A program made the position numbers and the translations under genes. From Octopus vulgaris (Eukaryota), in the NCBI GenBank assembly GCA_951406725.2, contig OX597823.1, positions 81,592,001-81,656,000 on the forward strand: a stretch of DNA of 64,000 bases, read 5' to 3'. Below are positions 11,984-25,209 of this stretch, one piece after another. The notes below the pieces were generated by a model, which made no database searches, was not told where the DNA came from, and saw only the letters and a program-made list of their open reading frames with translations. Positions within the stretch are counted from its first letter, which is position 1; every line of letters starts with the position of its first letter.

Positions 11984-13459
11984 GGAAAGTTCCGAAGGTA
12001 GGGACTTCCGGGTAAGTTCCGAGGATAGGGAATTCCTGGAAAGTTCCATGGATAGTAATTTCCTGGAAAGTTCCAAGGTTAGGGACTTGCGGGAAAGTTC
12101 CAAAGATAGTGACTTCTTGGAAAGTTCCAAGAATAGGAACTTCTTGGAAATTTCCGAGGATTTTATGGAAATTTCCGAGGATAGGGACTTCCTGGAAAGT
12201 TCTGAGGATAGGGACTTCCGAGAAAGTTCCTAGGATAGGAACTTCCTGGAAAGTTCTCATGATAGAGACTTCCTGGAGAGTTCCGAGGATAGGGACTTCC
12301 TGGAAAGTTCCGAGGACATGGACTTCTTCGAAAGTTCAAAGGAAAGAGACTTTCTGGAAAGTTCCAAGGATAGGGACTTGCAAAATTCCGAGGATAGGGA
12401 CTTCCTGGAGAGATCCGAAGATAGGGACTTCCTGGAAAGTTCCCAGGATAGGGACCTCCGGGAAAGTTCCAAGGAAATGAACTTCCTGGAATGTTCCGAG
12501 GATAGAGACTTCCTGGAAAATTCCAAGAATATGGATTTCCTGGAAAGTTCCAAGGATAGGGACTTCCGGGAAAATTCCGAACATAGGGACTTCCTGGAAA
12601 ATTCCAAGGATAAGGACTTCCGAGAAAGTTCCGAGGATAGGGACTTCCAGGAAAGTTCCGAGGATAGGGACTTACTGGAAAGTTCTCATGATAGAGTCTT
12701 CCTGGAGAGTTCCGAGGGTAGGGACTTCCTGGAGAGTTCCAAGGATAGGTACTTCCTGGAAATTTCCGAGGATAGGGACTTCCTGGAAATTTCTGAGGAT
12801 AGAGACTTCCTGGAAAGTTCCAAGTATAGGGATATCCTGGAAAGTTCCAAGGGTAGGGACATCCTGGAAAGTTGCTGTGAGCTGTCCAACTGGCTATGAC
12901 TATATGCTAAATGGTTTAAGAACCATCTGCTGGCATATCTGAATATGTCATGCCCAAGAAAAAATTCAAATATTCCTGGAAAGTTCCAAGGATATGGACT
13001 TCCTGGAAATTATCGGGGATAGGTACTTCCTGGAAAGTTCTGAGGATAGGGACTTCTTGGAAAGTTCCGAGGATAGGGACTTCCGGGAATGTTCGGAGGA
13101 TATGGACTTCCTGGAAAGTTCCAAGGATAGGAACTTCCTGGAAAGTTCCGCTAATATGAACTTCCTGGAAATTTTCGAGGATATGGACTTCTTGGAAAGT
13201 TCCAAGGATATGGACTTCCTGGAAATTTCCGAGGATAGGGACTTCCTGGAAAGTTCTGAAGATAGGGACTTCCGGGAAAGTTCTGAAGATAGGGACTTCC
13301 TGGAAAGTTCCGAAGATAGGGAATTCCTGGAAAGTTCCGAGGATAGGGACTTCCTGGAATGTTCGGCGGATATGGACTTCCGGAAAAGTTCGGAGGATAG
13401 GGACTTTCGGGAAAGTTCAGAGAATAGGGACTTCCGGGAAAGTTCCGAGGATTTCATGG
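11984..13459. repeat. 27-bp minisatellite, about 50 units, consensus GATAGGGACTTCCTGGAAAGTTCCGAG
   Basis: Direct reading; two blocks (11984-12871 and 12973-13459) in the same orientation, followed by (GAA)n at 13460-13518. Confidence 0.97.
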
Positions 13460-13534
13460 GAAGAAGAAGAAGAAGAAGAAGAAGAAGAAGAAGAAGAAGA
13501 AGAAGAAGAAGAAGAAGACAACAACAATGACAAT

Positions 13535-14368
13535 AATTCTATAGGCACAAGGCTTGAAATTTTATAGGGAGAAGGCTAGTTGATCACTTTGACCCCCAAT
13601 GCTAAACTTGTACTTATTTTATCAACCCTGGAAGGATGAAAGGCAAAGTTGACCTTGGCAGAATTTGAACTCAGAATGTAAGGACTGATGAAATACTGCT
13701 AGCCTGATGTGCTAATGATTCTGCCAACTTGCCATCTAGATAACAAGAACAACAACCACAACAATAATAATAAGTGTTTCAAATTTTGATACAAGCTCAG
13801 CAAGTTCAGGAGAGGGTGTAAGTTGCATTATTTTATTGACCCCGAGAAGATGAAAAGTACAGTTGACCTTGGTGGAATTTGAACTCAGAATGTAAAAAAA
13901 ACATAAAATCTCACTAAGCAGGTTGTCTGACACACTAACAGTTGTGCTATTTTACCATCTTGATAATAACCACATCATCAATAATAATAATAATCGTTTC
14001 TACTAAAGGCACATGGCCTGAAATTTCGGGGGAAGGGGCTAGTCAATTGCATCGACTCCAATGTATCACTGGTACTTAATTTATTGACCTTGAAAGGATA
14101 AAAGGCAAAGTCAACCTTAGCAGAATTTGAACTCAGAACCTGAGGACAGATGAAATGCCATTAAGTATTTTACCCAACATGCTAATGATTCTACCAGTTT
14201 GCCACCCTGGCACAGAAAGTGTGTCAATAGCCAGCTGGGGGAGGTGTTCTCCTGGGGCTACAAGCTACAGTAGCATCCACCTTTAGGGGCTAGCCACATT
14301 TAAGTGACAAATATACTTCTCGCTGTCGTGCAGCTACTGTTTATATCATGCTCAGAGATTTATTATTG

Positions 14369-14420
<52 letters not shown>

Positions 14421-15016
14421 TGATGATGATGATGATGGTTGCTGGGAACAACCCACATCTTGCACAAGATGCAGTGAATTCAGTTCAACAGAGTAGCTCA
14501 TGATTGAATAGAACACCTGAAATACAATGATCTTCACACACATCTTATGCACAATGTACTATACAAGATTAAAGCTCAATGAAATAACACAACCCACATT
14601 TATTTCCTTATTGCTCACAGGGAGATAAACATAGAGGAGGTAAACAAGAACAGACAATGGGATTAAGTCAATTAGATCAACCCCTGTGCATAACTGGTAC
14701 TTATTTAATTGACCTCTAAAGAATGAAAGGCAAAGTTGACCTCGATGGAATTTGAACTCAGAACGTAATGGCAGACAAAATACCTATTTCTTTACTACCC
14801 ACAAGGGGCTAAACACAGAGGGAACAAACAAGGACAGACAAACGGATTAAGTCAATTATATCGACCCCAGTGCATAACTGGTACTTATTTAATTGACCCT
14901 GAAAGGATGAAAGGCAAAGTCGACCTCGGTGGAATTTGAACTCAGAACGTAACGGCAGGCAAAATACTGCTAAGTATTTCGCCCAGCGTGCTAATGATTC
15001 TGCCAGTTCACTGCCC
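13535..15016 (-). mobile_element. Cluster of five SINE A copies on the minus strand
   Basis: GATGAAAGGCAAAGT...AATTTGAACTCAGAA blocks near 13640, 13850, 14100, 14725 and 14910. Confidence 0.85.
14437..14590 (+). mobile_element. Extremely truncated 3' end of an RLE-type (R4/Dong-like) LINE
   Basis: Encodes LLGTTHILHKMQ*, matching the VLMGTAHILRKILSM* and VLTGTSHVLRRALSM* C-termini at 25392 and 24307; follows (TAA)n/(TGA)n. Confidence 0.55.
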
Positions 15017-15974
15017 TATAACACAATCCACATTGCATACACTGATATAGCAAGAAACGAGAAACTAAACTCCATGACAAAACAAACTGATGCAGGAAGA
15101 GTCTACACTCTTTCAATGCCCACAAAAATAAAAGCACAATGCTGTCCACCCCTCAGGAATATGGAGGTGCACCAGGTGGTGCAGTAGAAACTTGCATGAA
15201 ACTAATGAAAGGAAAAAAGAAATTATTTCTTTTATTTTTTTTTTAACAGCAATAAAAGTAATTATGAAATTGTTTTTGTTGCTGTTGTATATAAACAAGA
15301 GTAATATTAAATGAAAAGTAAGTAATATTTATGTATTAAAAGTCAAAAATCAATAATTATTTTACAAAGTTAGAAATCAATATATATTCATTAAGAATTT
15401 ACTTCTGTAAAATGAAAGTCTTTTAAGTAGGTTATAACATCTAAAAACATACATTGTTTATCACATCAACAAAACAATTGCTTCAGTATATTATCTGCTT
15501 ATTAGAAATTATCTTCCTAAAAATAGACAATAGTTTGATTGAGGTAGTTGACATCTCTCACCCATAATGTCTTCAATAAATTCTATTTCTAAAATAGAAT
15601 GGTGATTGGTCATGCCAAGTGGCGCCTCTTTCTCTAACATATTCCATTATTATAATTAGTGACAATCCCTTAAACGAGTTGACGTTCATTATGTAATTTC
15701 TATTTTTCAAACAGAGTATGAAATTCCTGATTTTCTTCTTTTCCAACAAGACCCCAAGGTCTAAGTGCATTTAAATGAAAGATCCTTCTAGAAAAAGTTG
15801 ATGTTGTTGCTTGGGATATGATGCAGCCATGGCTGTATGATTAAGAAGTTTGGTTCCCTATCACCTGGTGTCAGGTTCAGTCCCACTGTATGGCACTTTG
15901 TCCTAGGTTGACCAAAACTTTATGAGTGGATCTGGTAGACCGAAATTGAAAGAAACCCATTGTGTACATTTATA

Positions 15975-17035
15975 CAGGGTGGGGAAGCAAAACTTGGAAA
16001 ATAATAGATAATTCACCAAGTTGTTTATATTATAACAACCAGCAACCTATCATAAATATAATTTTAACACAAGTTTATAGGGATATAAAGGGAGAATTTA
16101 TTCAACATGTTTGCTTTAATTGTCCACCACAGCCTTCACACACTGCCTGAAGGCATCACAACTCTTCTTGATGAAGTACTCAGACATGCTGTCCCACTCT
16201 TTGCTCAGGATTTGCTTAAAAGGATCAAGACTTGGATGTGAAGCTCTGTTAGAGTGCTCCAATTTTCCCCATACTGCATAGTCCAGGGAGTTCAAGTCCG
16301 GGCTCTAAGGAAGTTAGAAGTTGGCCGGCCAAAAGTTGGCGAAGTTGTCTTTGCAGAATCTCTGCACTTTCTTCACCGTATAAACAAGAGAACCATCTTG
16401 AGTCCACACATAATTACTGTTGGGTTAGTTAGACTTCAGCCAAGGCAAAACCTTATACTGCAGGACTTTATGATAAACGTCAGCCCCCACCTTTTCCCTA
16501 GTCTTGAAAAAATGGAGAGGTATCTTTTGTCATTGCATGAGTCAATAGTTGTCCTGGAGTCCTCACGTATGACCCCAAATGTAAATCAGTGTATACAGCA
16601 TTTCTGATGGTCTTTGGATCAACTCCCATTCCATGGACAGTTTTCTCATGGATGTTATTGGATCTTTTCAAAATTTTAGCTTTGAGAGATTTAAGAAATG
16701 CATTATCCCATTTTTTATTTATGTCTCCACTTCTTTGCTTTCTCTTGATGCCTTCAATATCCAGCATTCAGTTCTTAACATTGTTGACAGTGCTCACAGA
16801 GGCCACAACATTCTGAGCAATACATATAATTGCAACCCCAGCTTGAAGCAAATCTTCAATGCATTGTCTCTTAGCTTCTTAAGTGGACATGTTAGATCGT
16901 ATAACTAGAACTTCTGCTTAAATTAACTCTATAAACCCCAACCCTGAAATAGAAAACAATATTTTAGTATTTACACTCAAGAATACATGAAAAATAAGGC
17001 TTTCAAAATATTCCAAGTTTTGCTTCCCCACTCTG
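15975..17035 (-). mobile_element. Tc1/mariner superfamily DD37D (maT) transposon, internally deleted, transposase pseudogene
   Basis: 25-bp TIRs CAG(G/A)GTGGGGAAGCAAAACTTGGAA with TA on both sides; minus strand encodes YVWTQDG...SPDLNSLDYAVWG with 37 residues between the last two Asp, and in-frame stops. Confidence 0.92.
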
Positions 17036-17246
17036 TATATATTTTATCTTTTACTTGTTTCAGTCATTAGACTGCGGCCATGCTAGAACATTGCCTTGAA
17101 GAATTTTTAGTTGAATGAATCAATCCCAGTATATTTCAAACCTGGTGCTTATTCTATCAGTCTCTTTTGTCAAACTGCTAAGTTACAGGAGATGTGAACA
17201 AACTAACACTGGTTTATGAAGCAGTAGTAGGGTACAAACACAGACA

Positions 17247-17280
<34 letters not shown>

Positions 17281-17283
<3 letters not shown>

Positions 17284-17990
17284 CATCATCATCATCCTCA
17301 TCGTTTAACGTTCGCTTTCCATGCTAACATGGGTTGGACGATTTTGACTGAGGGCTGGCGAACCTGATAGCTGCACCAGGCTCCAATCTTGATCTGGCAG
17401 AGTTTCTACAGCTGGATGCCCTTCCTAATGCCAACCACTCCGAGAGTGTAGTGGGTGCTTTTACGTGCCACCGGCACAGGGGCCAGTAAAGCGATGCTGG
17501 TAATGATCATGCTCAAATGGTGCCTTTTACGTGCCACCGGCACAGAAGCCAGTTAGCCGCTCTGGCAACGATCACGTGCAGAATGGTGCTCTTAGCACCC
17601 TACTAGCATGGGCACAAGCCAGTAAGGCGACACTGGTAATGATCACACTTGAATGGTGTCTTTTATGTGCTACTGGCACGGAAGCCGGTTAGCCGCTCTG
17701 TCAACGATCACACTCGTATGGTGCTCTTTGCACCCAGCTAGCACGGATGCTAGTCATCGAACTTGATTTCAATTTCACTTGCCTCAACAGGATTTCGCAA
17801 GCAGAGTTTAGTGTCAAAAGAAGGAAAAGGTACGCATAAGTGGACTGGTTACACCCCTGGCATAGGCCACGAGGTTATGGGCTCATTTGGCTTGCCGGGT
17901 CTTCTCAAGCTCAGCATATTTCACTGGTCATTTCCTTGGTGAGGCCTAAAGTTCGAAGGTTATGCTTCAATACTTCATCCCAGGTCTATG
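17281..17990 (-). mobile_element. RTE LINE 3' fragment (ORF end plus repeat-containing 3' UTR)
   Basis: Reverse complement of about 29430-30135; (CAT)n tail at 17281. Confidence 0.88.
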
Positions 17991-18194
17991 GAGACACACT
18001 CAGGTAGTGAGTTGACTGATCTAATAAAGCATTGGACTAAATTCATTTCAATAATTAAGTCTCTGAGTTCAAATTCCTCCAATGCCAGAATTGTCTTTCA
18101 TTTATTGGGGATAATAAGATGAATTGACAGCATTATTAGCAAGTCAAATAAAATGCATTTGTTTTGGCTCTTTACATATGAATTCAAATCCTGT

Positions 18195-18390
18195 GTGGGT
18201 GGATGGAGTGAGGAAAGCTTTGGTGGTTAGAAGTGTTGGAGTGAGAGAGAAAAAAAAAATTAATGATAGGAAAGCTTGGAGAGGGTGTTTGTGGAGGGAT
18301 GAGTGAATTTGATGTTGCTGATATGAATGGAATGCCTAGTGTATGTCTTGTCATGGCTACCCACTCCTATGGGGAATTAGGCCTTGGTAT
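18195..18390 (+). mobile_element. Fragment of a second RTE-like family
   Basis: Matches 34680-34790 and 34933-35010. Confidence 0.7.
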
Positions 18391-19334
18391 ATGTATGTAT
18401 GTATATGAATAGGTTCAGTATCAGCTGACTGCTGGGGTTGATATAATCGACTAGTTCCTCTCCCAAAATTTGAGGTCTTGTGCCAATAGTTGAAAGAATT
18501 TATTCTTTTCTACTCTAGACACAAGGCCTGAAATTTTTTTTTGGTGGGTGGGGCAATCGATTAGATCAACCCCAGTATGCAACTGGTACTTAATTTATCG
18601 ACCCCGAAAGGATGAAAAGCAAAGTTGACCTCGGTGGAATTTGAACTCAGAATGTAAAGACAAACAAAATACTGCTAAGTATTTTGCCTGACATGCTAAC
18701 GTTTCTGCCAGCTCGCTGCCTTAGTTCAAAGGATTTATTGAGGATGATTAGGTGATGAGCTGGCAGCATTATTAGCACATCAAAAATGCATAGCCACAAT
18801 TCTTTCAGCTCTTTACATTCTGAGTTCAAATCTTGCTGAGGTCAACTTTGTCTTTCACCCTTTCAGGATTGATAAAAGAATGCACCACTCAAGTACCAGG
18901 GGCTGGGGGCTGTGCAATCGACTTACATTCTCTTCTAAAATTATAGGCCTTGTGTCAAAATTTGAAACTATGGAAAATCATCCAGGTGCCATGAAAAAAA
19001 AGCATCTAATGCTGGTGCCACATAAAAAGCACCTTGTACACTCTGTAAAGTGGTTGGTATTAGGAAGGGCATGTAGCCATGGAAACCATGCCAAAACAGG
19101 ACATCTGGAGCCTGGTGCAGCTCTCCAGCTTGCCAACTCCTGTCAAACCGTCCAACCCATGCCCGCAGGGAAAACGGACGTTAAATGATGGCGGTTACGG
19201 AGTTCAATAAAATAATTACCAGTTGTAATTACAAGGGTGACTTAACTAACCAGCCGCACATCTGAAATCATTACAAAAACAAGCCTTATGTTTCAAACAA
19301 TGAAAGAAATTTTTTAAAACAATCAAGCTAAAGT

Positions 19335-19535
19335 TTTCTTTTCTTTTCCTTTCCCCTTCTCCACTCTACCCTCCCCACCTCCCCTTCCTCCTTCATCCCC
19401 TCTCCCTCTTCACTTCTTCCTCCATGCCTCTCTTTCTTTCCCTACCCTCTCTCTTTCCTCCCCTTCTTTCTCCATACGCTGACTCTCTCTCTCTCTATCT
19501 CTCTTCGTCATTTTTTCTGTCCCTCTCACTCTATC

Positions 19536-19569
<34 letters not shown>

Positions 19570-19710
19570 CTCCTTTTTCAGCTTTCATCATCCTTTCACT
19601 TCTTCCTCACCCTCAATCCTCTCATTTATATTCCATCACATACACTCTTTCCCTACCTTTCTCTCTTCATTCTCCTCTTCTCTTTCATTCCTTCTTTCTT
19701 TCTCCCCATT
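19335..19710. repeat. Polypyrimidine (CT/CTT/CTTT) low-complexity tract
   Basis: Direct reading. Confidence 0.9.
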
Positions 19711-20479
19711 GCATAGAAATTCTCCATTCTTGTACGTTTTTATTTCATTTCATTTTTGGTTTCTAAAGTAGGAGGCAGCTAGCATAGTAATAAGGGATCA
19801 ATATTCTCACTGATCATTTAACAGGTTTTATAATAAAAATATAATAAAATGAATATTGCCAACGATAATAATGTTTTATGCTTGTTTTTGTTTTTTTATA
19901 TATGCAAACCTATTCAACTGAGAACAAAGATTATCTTGTCCTTAGTAAAAAAACAAAAAAAACAACAAAAACAAAAATTAAAAACCCCAACAAAAACACC
20001 AAAAAAGCATTGCTTCATTCTTTTAAGCTTTTATGCAATAGTTTAGTTCTTAACAACCTGTAAAATTTTATTTGAAATTAAAACTAACTTGAATAACTGA
20101 ATATGGTTATTGATTGTTAAAATATATGTATGCAAAAAAAAAAGAAATGAAGAAAAAATAGATTAATAAATAAATGCAAAAAATGTTGGAATTTAAAGCG
20201 CAAAAAAAAACAGAAAAGAAAACAAGAAAAAAATAAACCAAAGCATATAATCAAAGGAAAATAATATATAAATTGTATTTCATTTTAATATTCATGTGAA
20301 TATAACATTAGAATCTCTAATACTTGAACTGAACGAAGAGTTCAGTAAGGGTATTATAGTTATTTATTTATATAGATGACTATTACTATTATAATTTTTA
20401 TTATTATTATTATTATTATCATCATTATTATTATTATTATTATTACTATTATTATTACTATTATTATTATTATTAGTAT

Positions 20480-20705
20480 TGTTGTGTTCTGAAGTCTTAC
20501 TTTATTGTATGCTTTTCATTGTATGACCAAGCACAGCTTTGTGTGCCTTGGGAACTTGCAGCATTTTTGCATTGTTTCTCTATGTTTCAATGTTTAGCTG
20601 TGTTTCTATTGTATTGAAAGTGCTCTACGTAATATATGTGTAGGCAGCGCTTATTTTTCTCTATGCTGTGTAAGTCCTGATGATTTGGGTTATTATATTT
20701 CTGCA
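20480..20705 (-). mobile_element. 3' end of an RLE-type (R4/Dong-like) LINE with (TAA)n at its 3' side
   Basis: Minus strand encodes THILRRALSIQ* (stop at 20606-20608); abuts (TTA)n at 20380-20478. Confidence 0.6.
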
Positions 20706-20864
20706 GCAGACTATCAGAAATGTTAAAAGTATTGTACAAAAGCTTTGCAGTATTTGACTATGTGCTATTATGATTTAAGTTCCAGTTCTGCTAAGATAGG
20801 GTGAACATATTATTTTGATGATATGCAACTGGGACAGAAGAAGATATCAATTTACACACTTGGT

Positions 20865-21068
20865 GACACGTCCGTGCTGGTGGCACGTAAAAAGCATCCA
20901 CTACACTCTCGGAGTGGTTGGCGTTAGGAAGGGCATCAAGCTGTAGAAACTCTGCCAGATCAAGATTGGAGCCTGGTGCGGCCGTCTGGTTTGCCAGCCC
21001 TCAGTCAAAATCATCCAACCCATGCTAGCATGGAAAGCGGATGTTAAACGATGATGATGATGATGATG
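20865..21068 (+). mobile_element. RTE 3'-end short repeat
   Basis: Near-identical to 29945-30135; other copies at about 9180, 18985, 22555, 32141 (-), 55580 (-), 58578 (-), 59986 (-) and 63716. Confidence 0.9.
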
Positions 21069-21481
21069 AAAAAGACACACACACACATGTATAGGATAAG
21101 GATGAGTATCTTTTCCAAGTAATACAGACTGATAGGGCCAGTTTCCCAGTTTCTATGGCACATATATTTTCCCCTTGGATGGAACACTTGCCAGCAGAGT
21201 GGACCAAAGGTAAGTCAAATGAAGTGTTTTGCTCAAGAACACAACACATTGTCCTGTTCAGGAATCAAAACCACAATCATACGATTATGATTCCAGCACC
21301 CTAACCACTAAGCCATGATTCTCCACATATGTATGCATATGGCTATGTGGTTTTCAGTTCAATCCCACAGCAGTACACCTCCCTGCTGTGGGATTGATCC
21401 AAGTGCCTTCTACTGTAGCCCCAGGCCAATGAAAGCCTTATCAGAAGGCAGAAACAAAAAGAAGTCTATCATACATCATAC

Positions 21482-21564
<83 letters not shown>

Positions 21565-22037
21565 CAGATGAGAGAAATGAGGGGAGGAAATATATGTTTA
21601 TTCCATTCATTTAGAGTTGGTAAACAAAATGGAATAAACATCTACTCTCTCATCTCATTTCTCTTATCTCTTCTATTTATACACATTCTCTCCACCATTG
21701 TACCTCCTTGATTTTCAGAAAGAAGCTAAGGTTTAGCCTAACCTCTACCACAGTGGAGGCATGTGGTTTAGTGGTTAGAGTGTTGGACTCATCATCATAA
21801 GATTGTGGTTTCGATTCCTGGGCTGGGTGACATGTTGTGTTCTTGAGCAAAGCACTCCATTTCATCTTGCTCTAGTCCACTCAGCTAGCGAAATAAGTAA
21901 TCTTGCAATGGATTGGTGTCCCATCCAATGGGAGAATATATATTTTACACAGAATCTGAGAAACTGGCCCAATGAATCTATATGACTCAGGAAGGATCTT
22001 TATGCTTATTTTTAACTTGTACCATCATCTCCACACC

Positions 22038-22095
<58 letters not shown>

Positions 22096-22309
22096 GCACA
22101 ACAAGCTTCTCTCAGTTTCCATCATACAAATCCACTTACAAGGCTTTGATCAGTCTTGCACAATAGTAGAAGACACTTGTCCAAGTTGACACGCAGTGAG
22201 ACTGAGCCTGAAACCACGAAACCATGTGGCTTGTGGTTGAGAAACAAACTTCTTAACGCACCTAAGCCTACAGCTATGTATGCACATGCACACACACAGA
22301 CAGACAGAC

Positions 22310-22342
<33 letters not shown>

Positions 22343-22816
22343 TGGATATATACACACACATATATATCTATACACATATGTTTGTGCTTACATATATACA
22401 TGTGCATATATATATATATATCACTGTGATCACTGTGACCGACCAGGCTATCAGATGTTGCTACACCCCGCTGGCTAATCGAGCAGGCCAACAGAAAAAC
22501 AAATATATATAAATATATATATAAATACATATGTATGTATATATATAAGCACCATGCATGTGTGGGTCGTTGCCAGTGTTGCCTGACTGGCTCCTCGTGT
22601 TGGTGGCATGTAAAAATCACCATCTGAACATGGACGATGCCAGTGCCACCTGACTGGCTCTTGTGTTGGTGGCACATAAGAAACACCCACTACACGCTGT
22701 AGAAACACTGCCAGATGAGAATGGAGCCTGGTGCAGCATCCTGGCTTGCTAGTCCCAGTCAAACCGTCCAACCCATGCCAGCAGGGAAAACGTATGTTAT
22801 ACAATGATGATGATGT

Positions 22817-22871
<55 letters not shown>

Positions 22872-23433
22872 ATAGAATATGTATATATATATACACACAC
22901 ATATGCACACACACACACACACATATATATACATACACACACACACATATATACATACACACATGTATGCATCGTATGTATTTTATACATGAGAACTAGA
23001 AATATTGACAGTGTACTCAGCTAAAAGATTTATTTAAAAAATTTAGCAAAAATAAAATGCTTCGAATCACAATGTATAAAAATCATTAAAAAAAAGACAC
23101 ACACAATTAATCACTGACATTGTATATGTGAACAGCAGGTTTATACTTCCACAAAAACTGAATAAACACATTTATAATCAAAGCTACATTTTGTGAGAGC
23201 TAAAAGATTTGTTGAAAACAAAAAAATATAAAACCACTTACATGAAAACAAACTGTAAAATATTTACAAAAGCTTATTCTTGAAATAAAAGCAAAATAAA
23301 TAAACCAGGATAAATCAATGCATTGAAGCGTTCTTTCAGGACATTGAAGCTATTGTTTGAAAGCCAAGGCAAATCTTGGAAAACCATGAAGTCTGGGTAC
23401 TCAGTGTTTAGGTCAATTTTTTTGTCCTTATAT

Positions 23434-23750
23434 TCATCATCATCATCATCATCCAGTGTCTTAAATCCAGGTTTTGTCCCTGTTAATGGGGGTGGCCAGA
23501 TCCACTTCAATGCCATAGCAACTGAGGTAAGCAGGTGCAGCCCACCCCACTGCCAACTTTTGGGCTGGCTGGTTCTCATTCTCTTTTGCTATTATGAGGC
23601 TTCTTTGGAGCTGGATTTTCTACAGGGAGCATGAGTGGTTCTGAGACCAAGGCCTCTACCACGATTTTTAAGAAATGTGGTGGAAAACTAGCTCAAGAAG
23701 GCAGGGATGCTACTCCCAGATACCCCTTTTTGGAGCCCCCCATACCTAGT
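23434..23750 (-). mobile_element. Dispersed LINE-like 3' end with (GAT)n tail
   Basis: 23440-23535 recurs at 44985-45078. Confidence 0.6.
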
Positions 23751-24096
23751 ATATTATGTATTATTATTAAAATTGGCATGCTGGACAAAATGGTTAGTGG
23801 CATTTTGTCTATTATTATCTTATGAGTTCAAATTCTGCTGAGTTGACTTTGCCTTTAATCCTTTTGGGGTTGATAAAAATAAGAACCAGTTGAAGACTGG
23901 GGTCAATGTAATCGACTTAACCCTCCCTCAAATTTCAGGTCTTGTGCCTATAGCAGAAAAGCTTATCTTATGGGTTCAAATTCTGCTGAGTTGACTTTGC
24001 CTTTCAAACTTTCGGAGTCTATAAATTAAGTACTAGTGAAACACAGGGGTTGATGTAACTGACAAAATTTCAGGTCCTGTGCATTTAGTAGAAAAG

Positions 24097-24128
<32 letters not shown>

Positions 24129-25155
24129 TTTTTTTTTCTTCTTTCAAATTTGCTTCCATTTCTTGCCGAGTGTCTTCCCGACTCCTAGGGCAAAGAAACT
24201 CATAGTATACATTGGTAAGCCATTAAACCAAACTCAGTAGTTCGTTTATTTTTTTTAAATTTTTTTTTTTTAAAGTTAAATTAAAATACATGAGCAGCAA
24301 CAGTTCTCACATCGACAATGCTCTTCTCAATACATGTGATGTACCAGTTAAGACAATCTTTTGCACTTCTTGCAGGGATGGTAAGCCAGGGATCATTCTC
24401 ATATAATTTTCGGTTCCCTTCTTGATCATTCCTAGTGCTCCTACGATCACTGGTATTGTAACCGCCTTGAGATGCCACATTTTCTCAATTTCAATGAGTA
24501 GGTCTTTATATTTTCTGAGCTTGTCAAACTCTTTCGCTGAGATATTATGATCACAGGGGATGCTCATGTCGATCAATAAGCAAACTTTATTGTTTTGGTC
24601 TTTCACAACAATATCTGGTTTATTGGCCTTGATGGTTCGGTCTGTATGTACTGGAAAGTCCCACAGAATGGTTACATTTTCTCCTTCAGTTACAGCCTCA
24701 GGGTGGTGATTATACCACTTGTTGGCAGTTTTGATATTGTAATGCCGACTTATTAGCCAGTGGAGATATTGGCCAACTCTGTCATGTCTTAATTTATACT
24801 CCACTGGTGCTAAGACTTTACATCCAGAGATTAGGTAGTCCACTGTTTCAATCATGTCGTTGCAGAATCGGCATTTTGGGTCTGCTCCATTTTTCATCAC
24901 ATTGGCCTGGTAGTTCCGGGTTAATAGGCTTTGATCTTGAGCAGCCAGGATGAAACCTTCGCTCTCTGCTTTTAGCCCTGAGCTCCGTAGCCACTGATGG
25001 GTTTGCTTCTGGTCAACATCAGCTTGTTTGCTGCGGGTCACATATTTGCCGTGCAGAGGTTTCTCCTCCCACCTATCAGCCAATTGCTCGTGCGCTTTTT
25101 TCATTGCCATCATTTTCACCTTCTTTGCAACAATAGTTGCCGTACTTCCCTCGGG

Positions 25156-25156
<1 letters not shown>
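24129..25156 (-). mobile_element. 5'-truncated non-LTR retrotransposon with zinc knuckle and restriction-like endonuclease (R4/Dong-like)
   Basis: ORF 24307-25119: CRFC...ETVDYLISGC (CCHC knuckle, H to Y), RHDRV, KPDIVV...LIDMSIP...KYKDL; flanked on both sides by (TTA)n. Confidence 0.92.

Positions 25157-25207
<51 letters not shown>

Positions 25208-25209
<2 letters not shown>

Noticed and set aside
11984-13459. CRISPR-like array
   Set aside because: Units are contiguous with no unique spacers, there are no cas genes, and the context is eukaryotic.
15562-15758. Micro-exon candidates (minus 15562-15588; plus 15715-15758)
   Set aside because: Too short and conflicting in strand; such signals arise by chance in AT-rich DNA.
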